IMG/VR virus record: IMGVR_UViG_3300033148_006102
Coordinates: 32,001-96,000 of that record
From: a virus
Direction: 5' to 3' (one strand)
Length of the DNA: 64,000 nt
Below, one piece after another: positions 29,350 through 36,292 of the stretch. The position numbers were made by a program, and so were the translations under genes. The notes under the pieces are model-generated. The model was not told the DNA's origin. It searched no databases and saw nothing but the letters and a program-made list of their open reading frames with translations. Position 1 is the stretch's first letter. Each line of letters begins with the position of its first letter.

Positions 29350-29631
29350 ATGGCAGAAGAAATTGCTGATGTCAAACCAGACGCCACTGAAGCCGATAAC
29401 ATTAAAGTGGAGTCGTTCGGCTGGGAGCAAGCTGTTGAGGTTTTACGTGGAGAGCGCCCAGTGCGGCGTACCTGCTGGGAATCGACAGAACAGATTAGCC
29501 GAATGGTCCAGGACGGTAAGTTGGCAGAAGGCACTATCCAGCTTCGGCGGCGCGATGCTACCGGTGCGTTGGATTACTACGTGCCGTCCGCGGATGATAT
29601 GCGGGCGGAAGACTGGGTAGAGGCTGTGTGA
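29350..29631 (+). CDS. DUF2829/Tad2-like protein
   Basis: FGWEQAVEVL...VRRTCW...YVPSADDMRAEDW pattern. Confidence 0.55.
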   Translation: MAEEIADVKPDATEADNIKVESFGWEQAVEVLRGERPVRRTCWESTEQISRMVQDGKLAEGTIQLRRRDATGALDYYVPSADDMRAEDWVEAV

Positions 29632-29879
29632 TGCCGAAGTTTAGAAAGAAGCCTGAGACTGTGGAGGCGATATGTATGTTGAAAGACATACCTGTCTCCA
29701 CAGGTCGCGGGTTGATTCATGTTGCCGCCGGAGAGTGGTTAGTAACATACCCGGACGGTGAGCAAGGGATAGTGGATGATGTTACGTTTCGGCGGTTGTA
29801 CGATCCGGCAGATCGTAAGGCCGCGGAGTACCTTACGGGGATTATTTTGGATGGGCAAAGCAACAAAAATACTAAATGA
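29631..29879 (+). CDS. PGDYG-like small phage protein
   Basis: KFRKKPETVEA...AGEWLVTYPDGE...FRRLY pattern. Confidence 0.6.
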   Translation: MPKFRKKPETVEAICMLKDIPVSTGRGLIHVAAGEWLVTYPDGEQGIVDDVTFRRLYDPADRKAAEYLTGIILDGQSNKNTK

Positions 29880-30165
29880 AGACAAGGCTCGACAGGCCTT
29901 GCGCGAGATCCTTGAGATTATTGGGGAATTCGCAGCTGAAGACGTAGATGGTGAGCTACTGGTCAACACCGGGTCTCGCCAGGTACCGATTGATATCGTC
30001 GATGCGAAGGCACATCTGTGTTTCAATGAGAAGCAGCAGATCGAACTGCATTACGCGCTATTTGAGCACCTTGGCTGGCTGGCACCGGAGATTGGTAACA
30101 TCAATGAATTGACTGTTGACAGATTCATTGAGCTAATGCGCCAAGACGGATGTTTTGATGGCTAA
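29851..30165 (+). CDS. hypothetical protein
   Basis: ORF in operon. Confidence 0.55.
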   Translation: MGKATKILNEDKARQALREILEIIGEFAAEDVDGELLVNTGSRQVPIDIVDAKAHLCFNEKQQIELHYALFEHLGWLAPEIGNINELTVDRFIELMRQDGCFDG

Positions 30166-30343
30166 ACTGATGAGTGGAGGATCGGCGTGGTCCAGCTCGC
30201 TGGTGAATGGAATAAGCTTATGGCTCGACGTAAGCGCTCTAAGCCACCACGGGAATGGCCGGACGATGTCGTTTTCCTGCTATTATTGCAGTTAGCCCTT
30301 ATGGGCCTATTCGGATTGGTTTTATTGATCGTTCGTTGGTTTT

Positions 30344-30730
30344 ATGGGTAGGCTCATGTACGAATTTCACGCGCTGAAAGCACTTCTGCCCAAGTTTGGC
30401 GTTGCGAATGCGGTCCCGGCTACTGGTGAGCGTCAAGGTTATACGATTGATGCATCAGACATGGAAGCGGACGAAGGCACGAACGAGCCGAGCATGCGGA
30501 CAGACGACTATATGCGTGATCCGTACATGACTCATGCGATGGAGCTACTGCAAACTGATGATCCATCAGATCCAGAAGTCCACGAATTAAGCAAAGTGTT
30601 GGCGCGACAATTCAACAAGGTACGACGTGCCGTACCTTCGTTGGATGATGTGTTTGATCGCCAGCGTACAATGAAGCCAGGCGGGGAGGTCCTCGATAAA
30701 GGAGATCTGCCGGTCGACGCCAATATGTAG
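30344..30730 (+). CDS. hypothetical protein
   Basis: 128-aa ORF. Confidence 0.55.
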   Translation: MGRLMYEFHALKALLPKFGVANAVPATGERQGYTIDASDMEADEGTNEPSMRTDDYMRDPYMTHAMELLQTDDPSDPEVHELSKVLARQFNKVRRAVPSLDDVFDRQRTMKPGGEVLDKGDLPVDANM

Positions 30731-30767
30731 CTACATTGGTATCAGTGGCTGCAGGAGGAAAGGTTAT

Positions 30768-31193
30768 ATGAACGCATATTTCATGCAGGGTTTGAGGAAC
30801 ACGCTGACGAAACATGCAGAAGAACTCCCAGAGGGTATCTGCGAACAGCTGCGCAAGTTAGGCATGATCGGTGATGACGAAGCCGAAGGTGCCATGGCTG
30901 AGGACGGCATGGGCGAAGGTGGAATGCCTATGGATACGTCTCCAGGCGCCCCAGATGGCGACGAAGGCGACGCACAGCAGATTCTGCAGTTGATTGAACA
31001 ACTGCCGGAAGAGGCGCGTGTCATGTTGCTTCAGCAGCTGATGGCGCAACTGCAATCAGCAGCACCGCCAGAAGCACCATCACCAGATGGCCTTGACTAT
31101 CTCAATGAGGATGAGGGCGAAGAGGGCGCAGGCGAAGAAGAGCCCAAAGAGCCCGCCGAAGAGAAAGAAAAGGCTGCGCACCTGTACACCTAA
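30768..31193 (+). CDS. acidic low-complexity probable virion/scaffold-like protein
   Basis: N-terminal YFMQGLRNTLTKHA motif; GGAGGA RBS. Confidence 0.6.
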   Translation: MNAYFMQGLRNTLTKHAEELPEGICEQLRKLGMIGDDEAEGAMAEDGMGEGGMPMDTSPGAPDGDEGDAQQILQLIEQLPEEARVMLLQQLMAQLQSAAPPEAPSPDGLDYLNEDEGEEGAGEEEPKEPAEEKEKAAHLYT

Positions 31194-31203
31194 GGGGTAA
31201 CGC

Positions 31204-33198
31204 ATGGCGTTCACGTTACTGGCGGACCAGTTCAATCTGCCGGCTGAGGATTTTATCCGGACGATTGTGCAAGAGCGGTTCCCTACGCTTGATGTGCGTA
31301 AGGGTACGGCGCTATATCGTTTGGTGATTAAGCCGGCTGCATTGCTCATTGAGCCGTACAGGCGCATGCAGAATGTCTTGCGGCGTAACCAGACCATTCT
31401 CGCATTCGAAGATATGCTCGAGTACGAGTTGGATCAGTTGATGGCGAACTATTTTATAGATCGCCGCACATCCAGCACAGCCACAGGCATTGTACGTGTA
31501 TACGTTTCGGAAGCTGTGGAATTGGCTATTCCTCTTTCAGCACGTTTCTCAACCAATACAGGCTTGATCTTTCAGCCGTCATCACCTGTTGTAGCTACAG
31601 CGGCTGAACTGTTACTCAATGAATCTGGTGGATATTACTACGCGGATGTGCCAGTAATTGCGGAAGCACCTGGCGCGGATTACGTAATTGAATCAGGGAC
31701 GATTGTTAACTTCGAAGGCGTGAGCGCTGATTTCGTTGACAATCCTTCGGCTACTGCAGGCGGTCAGAACATTGAGTCAAACAGCGAACTTGTGGAGCGC
31801 AGTCGCGGCACGATTGCGACGCGCACACTTACATCCGAGAACGGCATTCGCGCCACGTTGCTCGATAACTTTGATTCGGTAACGGGCGTAGATGTTATCG
31901 GTTATCTGGATGCAGAGATGGAGCGGGATGTCATCCAAGCGGTGACCAGTTTCCGGGAACTGTTCGGCGTCCGGTTTGCGCGAAAAGTCAACGTATGGGT
32001 TGATCCGACTACGAATTTACCCACATCAAGCCCAACCGGTGTATACAAGGCTGCCATTATTGATGTGCAGAATACGTATGCAGATTCGTTGCAGGTAGGC
32101 GACCCGTATTTCTTCCACAAACTTGAAGTGGATGCGGACACTGTTGAGTCATACGAGTACAGTGTTCAGCGTGGTGATATGGTAGTTATCAGCACAAACG
32201 GCGGCTCGGTTGATGACGGCCGATACACGGTGCTGAATGTAATCTTTGGTGTGTGGAAGTCCGGTGAGGCAAATACACATTTCTTGCTGCTTGACGGTGT
32301 GTTCGCAGATACGGCTTTTGATGCAGTCACACCGAACAACGCGGATTTCACCAAACACGAATATACGATTGAGTCATCTGTGCGAGTGGATGAGTTTCAT
32401 GTGGGTGGCAAGGCCGACATCTACGTAAATTCTACGAATATTTCAGAGCAGGTGATTCAGATCCCACAGGTGACTACTGTGACAGGTTCGTCGCCGGCGC
32501 GGATGATTGATATACCGATATCTGCTATCCCTGTGACGTATTCAGATGTGGGCGCCACTACGTTGGGCAGCACGTCGCTGTATGAGGACTCACAGACATT
32601 CCTGTTACCGTTTCTGGACATCGTGTCGATCGAGGTTATTGACTTTTCGAATGCAGCTTTGGTATTGCGTACGCTGGATCGCGGAGCAGACTATACGTTC
32701 ATTACTCGCAATCCGGATACTCGATTCACTGAGCAGGAAGATTCGTTCATTCGTTTACTGGACGATTCATTGGCGACCAGTGGTGCACGACTCAAGATTA
32801 CGTATCAGACGAACTCAGATATTCCGACGATTCAGGCTTTTGTGTCAGATCCGGAGAATCGTGACACGACCGCGGATCTGCTTGTGCGCAGCGTGAAACC
32901 TATCCAGGTTGATTTCCTCATGTCGTATGCGGGCACGCCGACTATTGATGAAGTGACAGGATTACTCGAGGCATACGTTGAATCACGGCCGCAAGGTGGA
33001 ACGATTCGTGCTAGTGATGTGGTAGCTTTCCTGCAAGTTTTTGGAGTCACGTCTGTTACGTTGCCGCTCACAATGACCGCGGTATCGTTCGCTGACGACG
33101 GTAGTATTGAAAGCCAGGTAAGTACAAATAGCATATCTATTGGCGTCCGCGAGATTTTCCAGTTGAGCGCGTCTCAGCAGATCACTAAGCTCGAATAG
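31204..33198 (+). CDS. baseplate J-like wedge protein
   Basis: LDVRKGTALYRLVIKP, ARFST...F, VIAEAPGADYVI, VDNPSATAGG...ESNSELVER pattern. Confidence 0.8.
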   Translation: MAFTLLADQFNLPAEDFIRTIVQERFPTLDVRKGTALYRLVIKPAALLIEPYRRMQNVLRRNQTILAFEDMLEYELDQLMANYFIDRRTSSTATGIVRVYVSEAVELAIPLSARFSTNTGLIFQPSSPVVATAAELLLNESGGYYYADVPVIAEAPGADYVIESGTIVNFEGVSADFVDNPSATAGGQNIESNSELVERSRGTIATRTLTSENGIRATLLDNFDSVTGVDVIGYLDAEMERDVIQAVTSFRELFGVRFARKVNVWVDPTTNLPTSSPTGVYKAAIIDVQNTYADSLQVGDPYFFHKLEVDADTVESYEYSVQRGDMVVISTNGGSVDDGRYTVLNVIFGVWKSGEANTHFLLLDGVFADTAFDAVTPNNADFTKHEYTIESSVRVDEFHVGGKADIYVNSTNISEQVIQIPQVTTVTGSSPARMIDIPISAIPVTYSDVGATTLGSTSLYEDSQTFLLPFLDIVSIEVIDFSNAALVLRTLDRGADYTFITRNPDTRFTEQEDSFIRLLDDSLATSGARLKITYQTNSDIPTIQAFVSDPENRDTTADLLVRSVKPIQVDFLMSYAGTPTIDEVTGLLEAYVESRPQGGTIRASDVVAFLQVFGVTSVTLPLTMTAVSFADDGSIESQVSTNSISIGVREIFQLSASQQITKLE

Positions 33199-33255
33199 CG
33201 GCCGGCGCGCATTCTCGTCAATCGCTCGCAGCTTCTGGCAGGATCCGCCGGTCGC
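33198..33255 (+). other. GC-rich stem-loop after baseplate J gene
   Basis: GCGGCCGGCG (33198-207) pairs with CGCCGGTCGC (33246-255). Confidence 0.4.
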
Positions 33256-33535
33256 AGCCTTTCATCTGGGATGATGCCAAAATCCCATTGATATGCGGCA
33301 TAAGACTATGAGAATTTGGTTTCTATGTCCAACTATCCTGTTGATGTGAAACCGAGAGTAAAAACTTTACTGCAATGGGGGAGCCGCACCGCGGCTTTTT
33401 GACACAACGGAGCCGCGAGTACTGGCGAACGCTGTATTAGTCGGCTTCCTGGGCATGGTGGTCTGCCGCAATTGGCTCAGTTTGCTCAACGCACAGACTC
33501 ATAAACCCGTGTACCCGTTTGTCCGTGACGTCTTA

Positions 33536-33904
33536 ATGGCCTCGGACGGTTTGCCACAAGAAATTATTGATGACTGGGTTGAGGCCATTTCCTTTGAAGA
33601 GTTGTATTGTCCGGATGCACAGGCCTCGGGACATCTAATCGATAATCTTGGTGAGATTCCAGTCGATACACCATTGCGTAAATTCGAAGAGGCGCTGCAG
33701 CACCGACTACACACCGCTCGTCATAGCTTGGAATACGCAATGACGCATCTCACGTCCGAGGATGTTCGCAAGCTTACATGCGGTCTGTATGTTGAGCTCC
33801 GCAAGGACTACGACATTCATCAGTATTACATGCGACCACCGGAAGAAATAAACCCGGAAGAGGGGATGCCGTTGCCGCTTGGAACGTTGCCACCAGACTG
33901 GTAA
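33536..33904 (+). CDS. hypothetical protein
   Basis: ORF; start uncertain (33455 or 33536). Confidence 0.55.
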   Translation: MASDGLPQEIIDDWVEAISFEELYCPDAQASGHLIDNLGEIPVDTPLRKFEEALQHRLHTARHSLEYAMTHLTSEDVRKLTCGLYVELRKDYDIHQYYMRPPEEINPEEGMPLPLGTLPPDW

Positions 33905-33923
33905 AAGTTTTTCACAAAATCTC

Positions 33924-33952
33924 TTGATTCTTGATGCTATCACAGATACCTT
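33924..33952 (+). promoter_or_regulatory. sigma70-like promoter of tRNA unit 1
   Basis: TTGATT-N17-TACCTT; same -10 as the promoter at 49967. Confidence 0.6.
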
Positions 33953-33966
33953 TACGTCTTACTGTA

Positions 33967-34107
33967 ATGGATAGCTTTTGCTACATGTTGCGGATGAGAC
34001 CAATGCGTTTGATAAGACAAGCCGAACCGAAAACGACACCAGTCACCCATAATATGGGTCGACAGGTGATTGATTTCGCGTGGAAGGATCCCGGCCGGTT
34101 TGCTTAA
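33967..34107 (+). promoter_or_regulatory. leader peptide ORF 1 (46 aa; alternative ATGs at 33985, 33994, 34003)
   Basis: MDSFCYMLRMRPMRLIRQAEPKTTPVTHNMGRQVIDFAWKDPGRFA*; last codons overlap the antiterminator strand. Confidence 0.65.
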
Positions 34108-34166
34108 AAGACGCTGAACATAGTAGCGCAAACCGGCGGGAACTCAAAAGCCCGCCGGTTTCTTTT
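34094..34166 (+). terminator. mutually exclusive antiterminator/terminator (attenuator 1)
   Basis: GCCGGTTTGC (34094-103) pairs with GCAAACCGGC (34128-137); AAACCGGCGGG (34130-140) pairs with CCCGCCGGTTT (34151-161), followed by a U-tract. Confidence 0.8.
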
Positions 34167-34171
34167 TGACA
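34161..34171 (+). promoter_or_regulatory. boxA-like variant
   Basis: TCTTTTTGACA, followed by ACTTTGTGA. Confidence 0.45.
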
Positions 34172-34200
34172 ACTTTGTGATCACCGGGAGCAGCATTAGA

Positions 34201-34283
34201 TCAGGGCAACCTTCGGGGTGAAGGAGCGGGCTGTTAACCCGTCGTGAGAAATCACATGCTGGGTTCGACACCCAGGCCCTGAG
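34201..34283 (+). tRNA. trnN: tRNA-Asn(GUU), long variable arm, no encoded CCA
   Basis: TCAGGGC/GCCCTGA acceptor, GCGGG-CTGTTAA-CCCGT, CTGGG-TTCGACA-CCCAG, G73. Confidence 0.75.
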
Positions 34284-34286
34284 CCC

Positions 34287-34314
34287 TTGAACCCTCCTCG
34301 CAGAATGTTATAGT
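34287..34314 (+). promoter_or_regulatory. promoter for HNH gene
   Basis: TTGAAC-N16, extended -10 TGnTATAGT. Confidence 0.5.
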
Positions 34315-34342
34315 GTAGTTAACTTTTGTAAGGAGGGTTCGA

Positions 34343-34888
34343 ATGGGAACATCGCAGCATGTTAAAGATTGGCGGGCGCGAACAAAGGCACGGATGGTCG
34401 CGGCAATGGGAGGCGCATGTGTTTGTTGTGGTTACGACACGTACGAGGGAGCGCTGCTTTTTCATCATCGAGATCCGAGCACGAAAGATTTTTCGTTGAG
34501 CGGAGTTCGAATGAATCCGAAGAAGTGGTCACGGATTGTCGAGGAACTGAGAAAATGTGTGCTCGTTTGTTGGAACTGCCATATCGAGTTACATGCGGGC
34601 TTACGAAACATACCTGTAGGTGCGGCGGGCTTTGATGAATCGTTTGCCGATTATCGGGCAGAACAACGGGCGAAACTTTTTGATACGTGTCCTGTTTGTG
34701 GGGATAGAAAACGTAAACGACGGAAGTACTGTTCCATCGCATGTAGCCATGAAAATAAAAAGCGTGTATCTGATGAACAATTACGCGCAATGGCAGAACA
34801 AGGAGCAAACTATTCGCAGATAGGACGCGAGTACGGGATTTCTGGAAATGCTGTGAAGAAACGACTGGAGAAATTAAACGGGGTGTAG
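34343..34888 (+). CDS. HNH endonuclease with zinc finger and C-terminal HTH
   Basis: CVCCG...FHHRDP...CVLVCWNCHIELH; ANYSQIGREYGIS. Confidence 0.85.
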   Translation: MGTSQHVKDWRARTKARMVAAMGGACVCCGYDTYEGALLFHHRDPSTKDFSLSGVRMNPKKWSRIVEELRKCVLVCWNCHIELHAGLRNIPVGAAGFDESFADYRAEQRAKLFDTCPVCGDRKRKRRKYCSIACSHENKKRVSDEQLRAMAEQGANYSQIGREYGISGNAVKKRLEKLNGV

Positions 34889-34953
34889 TTCAGAGGAAGA
34901 ACGCCGTGTTTGGGACGCGGAGGCCGGGATTTCAAAATTCCCCACCCCGACCA
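34879..34953 (+). tRNA. trnP: tRNA-Pro(UGG)
   Basis: cloverleaf, TTTGGGA loop, CCA end. Confidence 0.9.
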
Positions 34954-34962
34954 CTTGAGGAT

Positions 34963-35040
34963 GCCTAGCGAGGCCGAAGTAGTCGAGGCACTTGGTTGTG
35001 GTCCAAGGGGAAGTGGGCGCAAGTCCCATCGCTAGGCCCA
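34963..35040 (+). tRNA. trnH: tRNA-His(GUG) with G-1; atypical T-loop CGCAAGT
   Basis: CTTGG-TTGTGGT-CCAAG, C73, CCA end. Confidence 0.85.
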
Positions 35041-35050
35041 GATTGAAAGA

Positions 35051-35124
35051 GCGCCTGTAGTTCAATGGAAGAATGACAGCCTTCCAAGCTGTAGACGAGG
35101 GATCGATACCCTCCAGGCGCTCCA
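35051..35124 (+). tRNA. trnG: tRNA-Gly(UCC)
   Basis: ACAGC-CTTCCAA-GCTGT, U73, CCA end. Confidence 0.9.
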
Positions 35125-35135
35125 GCTCTTTGACA
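35125..35135 (+). promoter_or_regulatory. rrn-type boxA
   Basis: GCTCTTTGACA; no -10 element at promoter spacing. Confidence 0.55.
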
Positions 35136-35158
35136 TCTGAAACGGCCAAACAAAAAAC

Positions 35159-35228
35159 GGGCGTAGATACAGGCTCGATGCCTGTCCTTTCCCGGTTGGG
35201 TAAGGTAGCTTAACGCAAAGCGACGCCC
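35159..35228 (+). ncRNA. circularly permuted, anticodon-less tRNA-like RNA (YrlA-like topology)
   Basis: order: GGGCGT, T-arm ACAGG-CTCGATG-CCTGT, capped acceptor-like stem, TA plus D-arm GCTT/AAGC, ACGCCC. Confidence 0.55.
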
Positions 35229-35233
35229 TTTTC

Positions 35234-35307
35234 GCCGCTCTAGCTCAAGGGCAGAGCGCCACTCTCGTAAAGTGGAGATCCCAGTTCGACTCTGGGGAGC
35301 GGCTCCA
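35234..35307 (+). tRNA. trnT: tRNA-Thr(CGU)
   Basis: CCACT-CTCGTAA-AGTGG, CCA end. Confidence 0.92.
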
Positions 35308-35333
35308 AATTTCTTTTACATGAAAGGATAATT

Positions 35334-35522
35334 GTGGATTTGGTGACGAAAGAAGACGTAAACATCGACTTCGCAGAGGAAACAGAATTTCAGCTGCAGC
35401 TACTCGACCACCGCGTTGCGCCTACGTTGGTCGTCAAGCGCGGTGGTGACATCGTCCTGATCAAGATTTCGAAGGCCAAGGCCGAAGAGCTCTTGAAACT
35501 GGACATTACGGTAGAGGGATAG
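35334..35522 (+). CDS. small hypothetical protein
   Basis: GAAAGGA before GTG; last base of stop is tRNA G1. Confidence 0.55.
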   Translation: MDLVTKEDVNIDFAEETEFQLQLLDHRVAPTLVVKRGGDIVLIKISKAKAEELLKLDITVEG

Positions 35523-35595
35523 CCACTATAGCTCAAGGGAAGAGCACTCGCTTGGTACGCGGGCGATCTCAGTTCGACTCTGAGTAGTGGCTCCA
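35522..35595 (+). tRNA. trnT: tRNA-Thr(GGU)
   Basis: CTCGC-TTGGTAC-GCGGG, CCA end. Confidence 0.92.
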
Positions 35596-35615
35596 CATCA
35601 TTATGAAAGGGATCG

Positions 35616-35799
35616 ATGATTGAACGTGAGCGGGAAATTGAAGAACGTTTCTTGTTAACACAAATGACCAGCGAAGTTGGCAAAACGATGGCGACGCACA
35701 TAACAGTAGGAGCCATTCAAACGGTCGAACAGCTGAAGGAACAGTTTTGCGAATACGTAGACTCGTGTTATGCAAATTTTCGCTCAAAGATAGGAGTAC
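35616..35799 (+). CDS. hypothetical ORF with no stop before tRNA-Thr(UGU); frame continues to 36152
   Basis: GAAAGGG before ATG; frame open through the tRNA. Confidence 0.4.
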
Positions 35800-35874
35800 G
35801 CCAGCGTAGCTCAACGGCAGAGCTTTCGACTTGTAATCGGAAAGACGTCGGTTCGAATCCGACCGCTGGCTCCA
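35800..35874 (+). tRNA. trnT: tRNA-Thr(UGU)
   Basis: TTCGA-CTTGTAA-TCGGA, CCA end. Confidence 0.92.
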
Positions 35875-35891
35875 AACTTGAAAAGGACGGA

Positions 35892-36152
35892 GTGGAATAC
35901 AAGGTTGGCGATCGCGTCATCATGGCCGGTCGCGGAATAAACGAGATAGTAGAACTTCCGAATCCGCCCGAAAAGACCACAATCACCCTGCTGTCACCGA
36001 GTGGTCAGGTATGGTGGGCCGGAGTTGAAGACATTGTGCGATTCCCTGAGAAAGAGTATTACGATCAGTTTATAGCAGATTCGGAAAGACTTGATCTTTG
36101 GGGTGTACCCGCTTTGTACAGATGGCGGGACGAAACATATCCGGAAACGTAG
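35892..36152 (+). CDS. small hypothetical protein (KOW-like YKVGDRV)
   Basis: AAGGA before GTG; stop is tRNA-Phe U8-A9-G10. Confidence 0.5.
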   Translation: MEYKVGDRVIMAGRGINEIVELPNPPEKTTITLLSPSGQVWWAGVEDIVRFPEKEYYDQFIADSERLDLWGVPALYRWRDETYPET

Positions 36153-36221
36153 CTCAGTTTTGGTAGAGCACCGGCCTGAAGAGTCGGGTTGTCGCCGGTT
36201 CGATTCCGACCGGTTCCACCA
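36143..36221 (+). tRNA. trnF: tRNA-Phe(GAA)
   Basis: CCGGC-CTGAAGA-GTCGG, CCA end. Confidence 0.9.
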
Positions 36222-36292
36222 ACTTCCGACATGGACAGTTTTCCCGCTATATTGATGTAGAGGGAAAACTGTCCTTTGTTCGGGAGAATAAC

